From the NCBI GenBank assembly GCA_963765675.1, contig CAVXXK010000004.1, positions 1-64,000 on the forward strand: DNA of 64,000 nucleotides, in the 5' to 3' direction. This DNA is from an uncultured delta proteobacterium. Its GTDB lineage: Bacteria; Desulfobacterota; Binatia; Binatales; Binataceae. A program made the position numbers and the translations under genes. Positions 18,704 to 28,625 of this stretch are shown piece by piece. Every line of letters starts with the position of its first letter. Position 1 is the first letter of the stretch. Below the pieces are notes generated by a model that was given only the letters and a program-made list of their open reading frames with translations, had not been told where the DNA came from and made no database searches.

Positions 18704-19073
18704 ATGAACGTCCCCGTACTCGACGATCGGATTATCGCGCACGGCAAGGCGCTGCTGGCCGGCATCGCCGAGGCTGATACCTATCTCGCCGACTCAGCAC
18801 GCGAGAGCTACCGCGAGGCGACTGCCACGATCGCGCCGATGCGCCCGTTCGATAATTTCGAGACGCTCGCGCTGGCGAAGATCGGCGGCCAGTTTATTTC
18901 GAAGCTGCAGGCTCACCGGACGCAAGGGAATCGCCAAGCTGCTGGTGCGATGGAAACAGACTGAAGACGAGACCTGGGTAATCGCAGGAGCCGAAGATAT
19001 CAGCACCAAGCCGTCGCCGTGGAGCGACATCCAGCATTATACGGTTGAACGCGAGGGCAACTCGAATGGCTGA
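18704..19073 (+). pseudogene. Small NTF2/SnoaL-like hypothetical protein with a +1 frameshift at ~18908; paralog of the next gene
   Basis: Removing one base gives ...ISKLRLTGRKGIAKLLVRWKQTEDETWVIAGAEDISTKPSPWSD..., which aligns with 19066-19452 and ends at TGA 19073 overlapping the next ATG. Confidence 0.65.
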
Positions 19074-19452
19074 TTTGGGAAATCGCGCGAACGTGATGGG
19101 CCCGCAGCCCATCGCGAAGATCGTCGAGCCACCGAAGTCGATGATCGCCGCCGCGGACGCGATTCTTAGCGCGCTCATCGCAGGGCGGCGCGACGAGATC
19201 GAAAAGGCGTCGGACGAGCAGGCGCGCGAAGCGATGCTCAAGATCGCGGACTCGGTCAAACCGGATACGTATGATAAAGTCACGATTATCGGACAGGCGA
19301 GGATCGCCAAGCATTGGTACACCAAGGCTCGCCTGACCGGCCGCGCCACGAAGCCTTTCACGCTTCAATTCCGGCTAGGCGAAGACCGCGGGCGTTGGAC
19401 GATTCGCGACGCAAACAACCTGACCGAAGTGCGGTCGGCATGGACCCGATAG
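19066..19452 (+). CDS. Small NTF2/SnoaL-like hypothetical protein
   Basis: Helix followed by beta-strand pattern, TKARLTGR...RWTIRDANNLT..SAWT; translationally coupled; fold is inferred. Confidence 0.7.
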   Translation: MADLGNRANVMGPQPIAKIVEPPKSMIAAADAILSALIAGRRDEIEKASDEQAREAMLKIADSVKPDTYDKVTIIGQARIAKHWYTKARLTGRATKPFTLQFRLGEDRGRWTIRDANNLTEVRSAWTR

Positions 19453-19478
19453 AATAGAGAAGAGCCGGGAGAACGATC

Positions 19479-20279
19479 ATGGAACGAATGATAGCGGTCG
19501 ATAAGCTCGCGCGTCCCGAAGATCACATTCTGGTTCCAGCCGAGCGCTCGCGGCGTGCCCGCACCGAACAGGGGCTGACGCCCAACGGCGCGATGCCGTA
19601 TGAAGATGATTTCCTCAAGGCTCGTCTGCACGGAATCTGCGCTGGAGAGTTCCAGGCGATGGAGGCCGCGGGCCGCACGCTGTTCGACTTTCCCGACTCG
19701 CCATGGGAGTTTCAGCTCGACATGGCGCGCCAGGTGTGGGACGAATCTCGCCACGCCGAGATCTACATGAAGCTGCTGGACTACGCGGGCTCGTTCTACG
19801 GCGAATTTCCGGAGAGCGAAGTGCTGTGGTCATGCACGCAGGCCGAGGATCCCGCTGCGCGCGTCGCGGGAATCAATCGCGGACTCGAGGGACTCGCCTG
19901 CGACGTGTTCGAGCAGCTTATCCGCCTGGCGCAGAAGATGGGTGACGAGGTGATCGAGCGCTCGGTCGATTATGTGCTGGCCGACGAGATCACCCACGTG
20001 CGGATGGGCTCGCGCTGGATGCGCAAGCTGACCGAGGGCGACCCCGAGCGCTACAAGAAGGCGCAGGACTTCCAGAACAGTATCGACGACTTGTTCAACT
20101 TCGCCGGCACGCGCACCACCGTGGACAAGGCCAGCAAGATCATGCAGCACGTCAACGGCAAAGATATAGAGATCGACCAGGGCATCATAATTGCGCGCGA
20201 AGCGCGGCTGCTGGCCGGTTTTACCGAAGAAGAACTCGAACGGCTGGTCAAAGGCTTCGGCAAGAGCTCGGCCTACTAG
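19479..20279 (+). CDS. DUF455-family ferritin-like diiron protein (paralog 1)
   Basis: Full ligand pattern AGE..DESRH..GLEG..DEITH; C-terminal EARLLAGF.EEEL. Confidence 0.85.
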   Translation: MERMIAVDKLARPEDHILVPAERSRRARTEQGLTPNGAMPYEDDFLKARLHGICAGEFQAMEAAGRTLFDFPDSPWEFQLDMARQVWDESRHAEIYMKLLDYAGSFYGEFPESEVLWSCTQAEDPAARVAGINRGLEGLACDVFEQLIRLAQKMGDEVIERSVDYVLADEITHVRMGSRWMRKLTEGDPERYKKAQDFQNSIDDLFNFAGTRTTVDKASKIMQHVNGKDIEIDQGIIIAREARLLAGFTEEELERLVKGFGKSSAY

Positions 20280-20301
20280 AATCTGGAAGAGGATTTACGC
20301 C

Positions 20302-21069
20302 ATGGAAAGATGCATCCCGGTTGATCGCCTTGCACGGCCGGACCATATCGTCCTGATGCGCGGAAAGCAGGTGCGGGAGATCCAGGAAGAGCAGGGACTC
20401 GACAGCCGTCCGCTGCCCTTCGACGAGGAAGCGCTGCGCTCGCGAATGCATGGAATCATGACCGGCGAGTTCCAGGCGATGGAGGCGGCGGGACGCACCC
20501 TGTTCGATTTTCCCGATGCGCCGTGGGAATTTCAGCTCGACATGGCGCGTCAGGTTTGGGACGAATCGCGTCACGCGGAAATTTTCGAACGCCTGCTCAA
20601 CTACATGGGCGGCAAGATGGGCGACTACGTCGAGACCGAGATCCTGTGGCGATGCACGCAGGCGGAGGACCCGGCGGCGCGCGTGGCGGGAATTAATCGC
20701 GGCCTCGAGGGGCTTGCCTGCGACGTGTTCGATCAACTGATCCGAATCGCGCAGCGCAACGGCGACGAGGTGATCGAGCGCGCGATCGACTACGTGCTGG
20801 CCGACGAGATCACTCACGTCCGGATGGGCTCGAAGTGGATGCGCAAGCTGACCGAGGGCGACCCCGAGCGGCTCGCTCGCGCGCAGGCCTTCCAGGAGAC
20901 CGTCGATGAAGTTTTCAACTTCCGCGGCGGACGCCGCGCAGCCGAGGATCTGAAGATCGACGACGGCATGATGCTGACGATTGCGCGCGAAGCGCGGCTG
21001 CTGGCTGGATTCACCGAAGCGGAAATCCAGCGGCTGGTCGAATCGACCCGCAAGAGCGCCGCATACTGA
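20302..21069 (+). CDS. DUF455-family ferritin-like diiron protein (paralog 2)
   Basis: TGE..DESRH..GLEG..DEITH; long segments identical to paralog 1; AGAGGA RBS. Confidence 0.85.
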   Translation: MERCIPVDRLARPDHIVLMRGKQVREIQEEQGLDSRPLPFDEEALRSRMHGIMTGEFQAMEAAGRTLFDFPDAPWEFQLDMARQVWDESRHAEIFERLLNYMGGKMGDYVETEILWRCTQAEDPAARVAGINRGLEGLACDVFDQLIRIAQRNGDEVIERAIDYVLADEITHVRMGSKWMRKLTEGDPERLARAQAFQETVDEVFNFRGGRRAAEDLKIDDGMMLTIAREARLLAGFTEAEIQRLVESTRKSAAY

Positions 21070-21077
21070 GTCTCTTT

Positions 21078-21120
21078 TCCTCCCCCGTTGTTCGACACGG
21101 GGGAGGATTAAGGAAGGGGT
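21078..21120. repeat. CCTCCCCC...GGGGGAGG palindrome, possible terminator or REP
   Basis: TCCTCCCCCGT-N8-ACGGGGGAGGA just after the operon stop. Confidence 0.5.
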
Positions 21121-21365
21121 GCCTGCCGCACCGCCGCCCGCTGCGATCCACAAAATTCTGAACCGCCGTAGCCAATCTAGTCAGACGCTCTGGATCAATT
21201 GATCTAGAGCGTTTGTTTTTTGCGTGGCGCCAGATTATCTTGCCGACTCAGGCTACATAAGATAGGCCGCCGCGCGGCATTAGTTGGGGTTGCCGTACGC
21301 CGGCCGATATAGACCGGTCTCCCGCAGTTCTTCTGATGACCGGGAACTCGTACGTGGAGGTCCTT

Positions 21366-22667
21366 ATGGATTGGCGGGTTCTCAAATGTCCAGCGGTGAT
21401 TGTGGGGATGATCATCGCGGTCGCCTTCTCGGCCCCTGCACACGCACAGGTTAAGCCGGGGGATTTTATCACTTACAACAACGCGTCCAGGGTCAATGGA
21501 CTCTTGTCGCTCGGCGCCTACGACGCCGTGCTGCACGGGATGACGATGAAGATCATTCCCGCCGAGCGGATCGACTGGCCGCCGCCGTACAAAGATGCGA
21601 CCGAGAAGTACTCGGCACAGGTGCGCTTGTCGAGCGACCATAAGTCGATGGTCGGCTACGTCGCGGGCCAGCCGTTTCCTCTGATTGATCCGAACGATCC
21701 CGAAGTGGCGACCAAGATCATCTGGAACGAGCAGTTCCGCCCGATCAGCAGCGATGACTACGACCTGCGGTTCTTCGACTGCGAAGACGTGTACGTCGGC
21801 CGCAACAAGCCAGTCTTTCTCTTGAACGATACCCAGGTCGGCCACTATGCGGGCTATGACGAGATTGGCCGGACCGAGGTTGATCCGCTGCCGACCGATC
21901 CGGATTTCAAGAAGACCAACCGGATGTGGTTGTTCGCGCTATATCCGGTGCTGGCGCCCGCCACCGATCGCGGCGTGGGAATTATCCGTTACCGCTTCGA
22001 GGATCCGAGGCGTGGCGACGACGAATGGACCTGGACGCCCGGTGCGCGCAGGCTGCGCCGCCTGAACGAGGCGATCCTGAGCAATCCCAGTGGACTCGGC
22101 GCATGGAATCCTGACCACTATGGCGGTTTCAATCCCAAGGTCGAATGGTTCCAGTATAAATTCCTGGGCGAGAAGTCGATGCTGGCGACCGCGCATGCCG
22201 AGCACTCTCCGGAAGAACGCTGCACCACTGACGGCGGCGGCTCCGCGTGTCCGGAAGCATGGGAGATGCGCCACGTGTATGTCGTCGAAGCGACTCCCGA
22301 CCGCAGCAAACTGCAGGGCTATCTTGGATCCAAAGACGTGGTGTTCATGGACTCCGAGATGTGGTTCGCGCCATATATCGACGTGTACGATCGTAGCGGC
22401 CGGCTGTTCCAGGGCTTCATCTACTGGCTGGCCTACCGCGATCGGCCGGTCCCCGACGCGCGCGTTGCGATCTATCCATTCAAGCGCTCGTTCGTCGTGG
22501 GCGCGCTCGCGATGGATATCCAGGCAGGCGAGCATACGATGTGCTATCTGCCGGGCCGCGACACGCCAGAGCGGGAATGCTGGTATATCAACATGGGCGC
22601 GGTGGATCGGAGCTTCTTCGATCCGGACGCGATGGCTAAAGCGGGGACCAGCGGCAACACGATGTAA
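21366..22667 (+). CDS. DUF1329 domain exported protein
   Basis: Signal peptide, VKPGDFIT..N, YVAGQPFP.IDPNDP..A.KIIWN, D.W.W.P..RRLRR; GGAGG RBS. Confidence 0.8.
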   Translation: MDWRVLKCPAVIVGMIIAVAFSAPAHAQVKPGDFITYNNASRVNGLLSLGAYDAVLHGMTMKIIPAERIDWPPPYKDATEKYSAQVRLSSDHKSMVGYVAGQPFPLIDPNDPEVATKIIWNEQFRPISSDDYDLRFFDCEDVYVGRNKPVFLLNDTQVGHYAGYDEIGRTEVDPLPTDPDFKKTNRMWLFALYPVLAPATDRGVGIIRYRFEDPRRGDDEWTWTPGARRLRRLNEAILSNPSGLGAWNPDHYGGFNPKVEWFQYKFLGEKSMLATAHAEHSPEERCTTDGGGSACPEAWEMRHVYVVEATPDRSKLQGYLGSKDVVFMDSEMWFAPYIDVYDRSGRLFQGFIYWLAYRDRPVPDARVAIYPFKRSFVVGALAMDIQAGEHTMCYLPGRDTPERECWYINMGAVDRSFFDPDAMAKAGTSGNTM

Positions 22668-22690
22668 GCCTCGCTGAATAAGGTTTGAAA

Positions 22691-22726
22691 GAACGGCGTC
22701 CGCGCGAGCGGGCGCCGTTCGCGTTT
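22691..22726 (+). terminator. Putative intrinsic terminator
   Basis: GAACGGCGTCCGC-GCGA-GCGGGCGCCGTTC hairpin followed by GCGTTT. Confidence 0.55.
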
Positions 22727-22793
22727 CCGGCACGAGCGCCTCGACCGCCGGTTCGACATGATGAAGCAGGGCTTATAGACGATATTACGACAC

Positions 22794-22823
22794 TGGACTA
22801 TTAGCACCGCTAAATGTTACAAT
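22794..22823 (+). promoter_or_regulatory. Putative pckG promoter (extended -10)
   Basis: TGGACT-18 bp-TACAAT with a TGn extension. Confidence 0.45.
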
Positions 22824-22891
22824 TTGGTTACCCACGCTAGCCGTAATTTGGATAGTGGGGGCGTGCGACGGATCTCTTCTGACGGAGCTTG

Positions 22892-24688
22892 ATGCAAGTG
22901 ACGCAAAACCTCGACGCGAATTCCGCACCAACCAAAAGCCGGGCCTTAATCGATTGGGCCGCAGAGATAGCCCAGCTTGTTACTCCCGATCAGATCGTAT
23001 GGTGCAACGGCTCCGAGGCGGAACGCCGCCGTCTGACCGAGGTCGCGGTGGCTTCCGGTACGCTGATTCCGCTCAACCCCAGGAAAAAACCCGAAAGCTA
23101 TCTGCATCGCTCGAATCCGAATGACGTCGCGCGCACCGAGCAACTCACGCTGATTTGCTCGCCCGAAAAAAAAGACGCCGGCCCGACCAACTACTGGGCC
23201 GACCCGGCGGAGACCTACGCGAAACTGCGCGGATGGCTTAAAGGCTCGATGCGTGGACGCACGATGTACGTGATCCCGTACGTGATGGGACCGCTCGGCT
23301 CTCCGTTCGCCAAGGTCGGAGTCGAGATTACCGACAGCGTTTACGTCGCGTTGAACCTGCGAATCATGACGCGGATGGGCGCGCCCGCGCTTGAGATGCT
23401 GGGCGCGAGCGACAACTTCTGTCGCGGCGTCCATTGCACGCTTGACGTCAATCCCGAGCGCCGCCTCATCTGCCATTTCCCGCAGGACAATGCGATCTGG
23501 TCGGTCGGTTCGGGCTACGGCGGCAACGCGCTGCTCAGCAAGAAATGCTTTGCGCTCAGAATCGCCAGTGTCCAGGGACGGCGCGAGGGCTGGCTCGCTG
23601 AGCACATGCTGATCCTCGGAATTCAGAATCCCAAGGGCGAGACCACCTACGTCGCCGCGGCGTTTCCAAGCGCGTGCGGAAAGACCAACCTCGCGATGCT
23701 GACGCCGCCGCCGGCGTTCGCCGGATGGAAGGTCTTCACGGTCGGCGACGATATCGCATGGCTGCGGGTCGGCGACGACGGACGCCTATGGGCGGTCAAT
23801 CCCGAGAACGGCTACTTCGGCGTCGCTCCCGGCACCAATTCGCACTCGAATCCAAACGCGATGAAGATGCTCGGACATGATTCGATCTTCACCAACGTCG
23901 CGATGACTCCGGACGGCGACGTGTGGTGGGAAGGAACCGACGCGCCGCCGCCGGAAGGATTGCTCGATTGGCAGGGACGGCCGTGGAACAAGTCATCGAA
24001 GGAGAAGGCGGCGCATCCGAACAGCCGCTTCACCACTCCGATGACCAACAATCCGGCGCTCTCGCCGCACGCCAACGATCCTAAAGGGGTTCCGATTTCC
24101 GCGATCGTGTTCGGCGGACGCCGCGCGACCACCACTCCTCTCGTGCTCGAATCCGAAAGCTGGGCACACGGCGTGTACATGGGCGCGACGATGGGCTCGG
24201 AGACCACCGCGGCCGCCGCAGGAGCGGTCGGCGTGGTCCGTCGCGATCCGATGGCGATGCTGCCGTTCTGCGGCTACAACATGGGCGATTATTTCGGGCA
24301 TTGGCTCGAGATGGAAAAATCGATCAAGCATCCGCCAAAGATTTTTATGGTCAATTGGTTCCGCAAGGACAAGGAAGGCAACTTCCTGTGGCCCGGCTTC
24401 GGCGACAACCTGCGCGTGCTCAAGTGGATGCTCGATAGGATCGACGGACGCGTCAGCGCGGACAGAACACCAGTCGGAGGCGTGCCGAAAATCGCGGACC
24501 TCGATATCCGCGGCCTCGAGATTTCGGCCGACCAGTTGCGCGAGGACCTGGCGATCAAACCGGAAGAATGGAAGATCGAGCTCGCCTCGGCGGCAGAATT
24601 CTTCGACAAGATCGGCCCGACGATGCCCAAGCCCCTGCGCGACAAGCATCAGGAATTATTGGCCGCGCTCTCTGATAGCCCTCGCTGA
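22892..24688 (+). CDS. pckG: Phosphoenolpyruvate carboxykinase (GTP)
   Basis: SGYGGNALL, WLAEHMLIL, AFPSACGKTNLAM, VGDDIAW, AAHPNSRFT, RRDPMAMLPFCGYN. Confidence 0.97.
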   Translation: MQVTQNLDANSAPTKSRALIDWAAEIAQLVTPDQIVWCNGSEAERRRLTEVAVASGTLIPLNPRKKPESYLHRSNPNDVARTEQLTLICSPEKKDAGPTNYWADPAETYAKLRGWLKGSMRGRTMYVIPYVMGPLGSPFAKVGVEITDSVYVALNLRIMTRMGAPALEMLGASDNFCRGVHCTLDVNPERRLICHFPQDNAIWSVGSGYGGNALLSKKCFALRIASVQGRREGWLAEHMLILGIQNPKGETTYVAAAFPSACGKTNLAMLTPPPAFAGWKVFTVGDDIAWLRVGDDGRLWAVNPENGYFGVAPGTNSHSNPNAMKMLGHDSIFTNVAMTPDGDVWWEGTDAPPPEGLLDWQGRPWNKSSKEKAAHPNSRFTTPMTNNPALSPHANDPKGVPISAIVFGGRRATTTPLVLESESWAHGVYMGATMGSETTAAAAGAVGVVRRDPMAMLPFCGYNMGDYFGHWLEMEKSIKHPPKIFMVNWFRKDKEGNFLWPGFGDNLRVLKWMLDRIDGRVSADRTPVGGVPKIADLDIRGLEISADQLREDLAIKPEEWKIELASAAEFFDKIGPTMPKPLRDKHQELLAALSDSPR

Positions 24689-24714
24689 GGCGCGTCTCGA
24701 GCTCATCGCAAGCT

Positions 24715-25220
24715 GGCGGCTCTCGAGCCGCCCCACGAAAACCAGATCAATTCGTAGGGGCGCGTCGCGACGCGCCCGTCACTGCGTGACGATGATCGCG
24801 CGCATCGTGCATGATTCCTGCTCTCGCGATTGCGGCCAGCGCGTGAGGGCGAGATTCCTCGCGACGGTCGCCGTTCCAGGTAATGCGCACGTACCCATCT
24901 GCGTTGCCGATCCGCGCTCGGAATGACAATTTTCGCTGGTTTTGTTTCATTCCGAGCGCGATCAGACGACTTTTACCGCTTCGTCGGCTCAGCTGTGCGC
25001 GGCGGAGGTCGCGAGGAATCTCGCCTTGGCGTACAGGCGCGGTCCTCCGATTAGTTACGCAGAGCTCCCCGCCTGGAGAGGTGAGGCTGCTGCTCTGCGA
25101 TCCCTTCGAAACATGACGCTTCGCGTCGGCCGACGAGCCGTCGGCCACCACTGGCAGAAATAAGAGGCAGTAGAGGTAAGTGGTCAGTGGTGGCGGGCGG
25201 CCCGCCCGCCTGAAAGCAGA
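24715..25220. repeat. Mosaic of REP-like palindromes between the convergent pckG and ftsZ
   Basis: GGCGGCTCTCGAGCCGCC, GTAGGGGCGCGTCGCGACGCGCCC, CGGAATGAC/TTCATTCCG, the 45-bp unit at 25113-25157, GTGGTGGCGGGCGGCCCGCCCGCC. Confidence 0.7.
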
Positions 25221-25237
25221 TCCCTGCCGCGTCTGCC

Positions 25238-26527
25238 CTAATCGATGTGCTTACGCAGAAAAGTTGGCACGTCGAGCTTGTCGTCGCCGTCGAGCAATGC
25301 ATTCGGCTCGAGGCGCTCCGCACCGGCGCTGCCTTCGGCTGCGCCGCGGCGCTTGAACGCCGGAATATCCAGACTGCTGTCATCGACGATCAGTCCCATC
25401 CTGCGCACTGGCTTTCCGCCGGGGAACTGGCGCACCTGTCCTGACATCTGCGCGGGTGCCGGCGCGGGCGTTGGACGAATTTCGGCAGGATCGACCGGGC
25501 GCGTCGAGGCCGCCGCGATCGGCGTGGTGATCGGTGCTCCCGAGGGCGAGTACTTCGAGAACGGAAGCTCCTTCTCGCCGAACCCGGTCGCGATGACCGT
25601 CACTCGAATTTCGTTGCCGGCTTTTTCATCGACCACAGCGCCGAAGATGATGTTCGCATCTTCGTCGGCCTCTTCCTGGATCAGGCTCGCGGCTTCGTTG
25701 ACCTCGTACAGCGACATCTCGGGACCGCCGGTCACGTTGATCAACAATCCGCGCGCGCCCTTGATCGAAACATCTTCGAGCAACGGACTTGAGATCGCGC
25801 GCTGCGCCGCTTCGACCGCGCGATTCTCGCCCGAGGCCGTCGCCGCGCCCATCATCGCCATCCCCATCTCCGACATGATCGATCGCACGTCGGCGAAATC
25901 GAGATTGATGAGGCCGTGAACCGTGACCAGCTCGGAGATTCCCTTGACCGCCTGCAGCAGAACGTCGTCGGCCTTGGCAAACGCCTCGCGCAGGGAGGTG
26001 TTGCGATTGGCGACCGAGAGCAGGCGCTGATTCGGAATCGTGATCAGCGTATCGACCGAGTTCTTCAGCTCGCGAAGACCCTCTTCAGCCTGCGCCATCC
26101 GCTTGCGCGCCTCGAACTGAAACGGCTTGGTGACGACGCCCACGGTCAACGCGCCAAGCTCGCGCGCGATTCGCGCGATTACGGGCGCGGAGCCGGTGCC
26201 GGTGCCGCCGCCCATCCCGGCGGTGACGAAAACCATCTCGGCGTCGGCCAGCTCGCCGCGGATTCGCTCTTCGTCCTCAAGCGCGGCCTTGCGGCCGATC
26301 TCGGGATTGCCGCCCGCGCCGCGACCGCGGGTCAGGGTTTCGCCGATCTGAAGTTTCAGAGGCGCGTGATTGTTCTGGAGCGCCTGCGAATCGGTGTTGA
26401 CGGCGATAAAATCGACCGCACGGACGCCATTCGCGATCATATGATTGACCGCGTTGCCACCGCATCCGCCGGCGCCGATCACCTTTATGCGTGCGCCCAA
26501 ATCGGGGTTACTCACCAACTCAATCAT
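25238..26527 (-). CDS. ftsZ: Cell division protein FtsZ
   Basis: [33 protein letters not shown]-terminal LDVPTFLRK. Confidence 0.98.
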   Translation of the reverse strand: MIELVSNPDLGARIKVIGAGGCGGNAVNHMIANGVRAVDFIAVNTDSQALQNNHAPLKLQIGETLTRGRGAGGNPEIGRKAALEDEERIRGELADAEMVFVTAGMGGGTGTGSAPVIARIARELGALTVGVVTKPFQFEARKRMAQAEEGLRELKNSVDTLITIPNQRLLSVANRNTSLREAFAKADDVLLQAVKGISELVTVHGLINLDFADVRSIMSEMGMAMMGAATASGENRAVEAAQRAISSPLLEDVSIKGARGLLINVTGGPEMSLYEVNEAASLIQEEADEDANIIFGAVVDEKAGNEIRVTVIATGFGEKELPFSKYSPSGAPITTPIAAASTRPVDPAEIRPTPAPAPAQMSGQVRQFPGGKPVRRMGLIVDDSSLDIPAFKRRGAAEGSAGAERLEPNALLDGDDKLDVPTFLRKHID

Positions 26528-26595
26528 GTGCGAACCTCCTCCACCACCTACAGGCAAAGTTTGCTGTCCACTCAAGTTTTTCTTTCGCCGGCGTC

Positions 26596-27813
26596 TCAAA
26601 AGAAATCTCTCACCCAGTCGCTCAGGCGGCTGCGCAATCGGCCCCATCGCCCGTAGCGTCCGGCCACGCCGTTCACACCGCGCGCGGTTCCCTGACACAA
26701 GATCAGGCCCGCCGCGGTGGTGTACATCGGTTTCATCAATTCCTCGGGCATCCCTTTGAGATTGATCGGAAGCCCGCGGCGGACCGGAACTCCAAATATC
26801 CGTTCCGCCAATTCCTGTGTGCCTTCGAGCAGCGAAGTGCCGCCGACCAGCACGATTCCCGAGGCGAGGCTGTCGGCCACGCCCGAGCGCATGATTTCGC
26901 GCTGCGCCATCGCGAGAATCTCTTCCATCCGCGGCTCGATGATGTCGGTCAGCATCCGGCGCGCGATCGCTTTCGGCTCGCGTCCGCCGACGCCCGGCAC
27001 CTGCACCATCTCGTCGCGCCGCACGACCTGCTGAGTCGCCGCGCCGAACGCGATCTTGAGCTTCTCGGCCTCCGCGATCGGCGTGCGGATTCCCGCCGCG
27101 ATATCGCTGGTCAGATGATTTCCGCCGAGCGGCAGCACGGCGGTATGCATCACGGCGCCGGCGTGGAACACGATAATATCGGTGGTGCCGCCGCCGATAT
27201 CGATCAGCGCGACGCCGAGTTCGCGCTCTTCTGGAAACAGCGCGGCTTCCGCCGACGCGAGCGGCTCGAACACCATTTCGGACGGCGTGATTCCCGCGCG
27301 CTCGCAGCACTTGGTCAGGTTCTGGCCGTAGCTCTGCGCGGCGGTGACAATGTGGATTCGCGCCTCCAGCCGCACACCCGCCATTCCGATCGGCTCGCGC
27401 ACGCCGTCCTGATCATCGACCGCAAACTGCTGAGGCAGGATATGCAGAACCTGGCGATCGAGCGGAATCGCGACTGCGCGAGCAGCATCGATCACGCGCT
27501 CGACATCGCGCGGCCCGACCTCTCCGCCGCGCACCGCGACGATTCCGTGGCTGTTGAGCCCGCGGATATGCGGACCGGCGACGCCGGCGACCACCGCGCC
27601 AATTCGCAAACCAGAGGTTTTTTCCGCCTCGTCGAGCGCCGCGCGAATCGCCTCGACCGTCGCTTCGATATTAACCACAACACCTTTACGCAGCCCCGTG
27701 CATGGCGCGACTCCGTGGCCGAGCACGGCGATATCGCCCTCCGGGCTCGCCTCCGCGACGAGAGCGCAGACCTTGCTCGTGCCGATATCCAATCCTGTGA
27801 GCAGGTTCCTCAT
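26596..27813 (-). CDS. ftsA: Cell division protein FtsA
   Basis: [28 protein letters not shown]. Confidence 0.97.
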   Translation of the reverse strand: MRNLLTGLDIGTSKVCALVAEASPEGDIAVLGHGVAPCTGLRKGVVVNIEATVEAIRAALDEAEKTSGLRIGAVVAGVAGPHIRGLNSHGIVAVRGGEVGPRDVERVIDAARAVAIPLDRQVLHILPQQFAVDDQDGVREPIGMAGVRLEARIHIVTAAQSYGQNLTKCCERAGITPSEMVFEPLASAEAALFPEERELGVALIDIGGGTTDIIVFHAGAVMHTAVLPLGGNHLTSDIAAGIRTPIAEAEKLKIAFGAATQQVVRRDEMVQVPGVGGREPKAIARRMLTDIIEPRMEEILAMAQREIMRSGVADSLASGIVLVGGTSLLEGTQELAERIFGVPVRRGLPINLKGMPEELMKPMYTTAAGLILCQGTARGVNGVAGRYGRWGRLRSRLSDWVRDFF

Positions 27814-27817
27814 CGCT

Positions 27818-28603
27818 TCAGCGACTCCTCAAAACCGCGGCTGAACTACGCGAATGAACCGACACCTTGCGCACGGAGCCACGGCGATGCTCGGCAGGCG
27901 CGTCGGCGGCGGCCAGTCGAACGACAGCTTCGTCGGGCATCGTCATATCCAGCGCGGCGATCATGCGCTCCCGTCCGCGCCATTGCCCCAACACTTCATT
28001 CGCGCGCTTGATTTCGGCTGGCGCGTTGTCGAGATCGATCAAAACCTCGGTGCGCGCTCCGTCCAGATAGAGCGCCGCAACCCCGTCGTTATCGACGCTC
28101 ATCTCCGAGACCAGATGCGACAACTCGGCTTCCGCGCGGACCATCGTCGCGGCGTATCCGACCAGCTCGACTCCGCGCGAGTTCTCGACCCGGTCGCCGC
28201 TCAGAATCGGCAGGTCGCCTTCTCCGTTGGGTGAGACCGGCCCTTCGAGCGCTCCGTCGGAGAACAGAGCGTAAAAGCCGTCGTGCCGCTCGACCATCGC
28301 GATCGCCCCGCCCTGCCTGATTCCTGCGAGCTTGACGACTGGCACACTCGCGAGGCCGACCTGATTTTCGATCGAGCGTGCGGCATCGCGCAGCCACTGC
28401 AGGAACGGACTTGCGGGTGCGGCCGCATGATCGAGCCGTGCCGAATATCCAGAGAAGAAATTCGAGCAGCGGAGCGTGAGCGCGCGCCCCGGAGCGCTGA
28501 ACCCGGTCATCACGCCAAGAACAAAAAAAGCGCACAGGACGATACCCACCATCCGTGGGTTCCATCCTGCCGCCTCTTTTCCTTTTCTCCGCTCCGCCAC
28601 CAC
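27818..28603 (-). CDS. ftsQ: Divergent FtsQ/DivIB-like protein
   Basis: Position before ftsA, single N-terminal TM, DLPILSG and C-terminal LDM..DEAVVR. Confidence 0.6.
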   Translation of the reverse strand: MVAERRKGKEAAGWNPRMVGIVLCAFFVLGVMTGFSAPGRALTLRCSNFFSGYSARLDHAAAPASPFLQWLRDAARSIENQVGLASVPVVKLAGIRQGGAIAMVERHDGFYALFSDGALEGPVSPNGEGDLPILSGDRVENSRGVELVGYAATMVRAEAELSHLVSEMSVDNDGVAALYLDGARTEVLIDLDNAPAEIKRANEVLGQWRGRERMIAALDMTMPDEAVVRLAAADAPAEHRRGSVRKVSVHSRSSAAVLRSR

Positions 28604-28625
28604 ACCACCGCTTGCCGCGCGCGAC

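Noticed and set aside
18085-21069. Encapsulin cargo or iron-storage ferritins
   Set aside because: No encapsulin shell gene or clear cargo-loading peptide; size and motifs fit DUF455-type enzymes rather than bacterioferritin or Dps.
14898-25157. 45-bp repeats as a CRISPR array
   Set aside because: Only three dispersed copies, one inverted, with no regular spacers and no cas genes.
25238-27310. 690-aa extended FtsZ
   Set aside because: The N-terminal extension is an alternate frame within ftsA; the true start is ATG 26527 after GGAGG.
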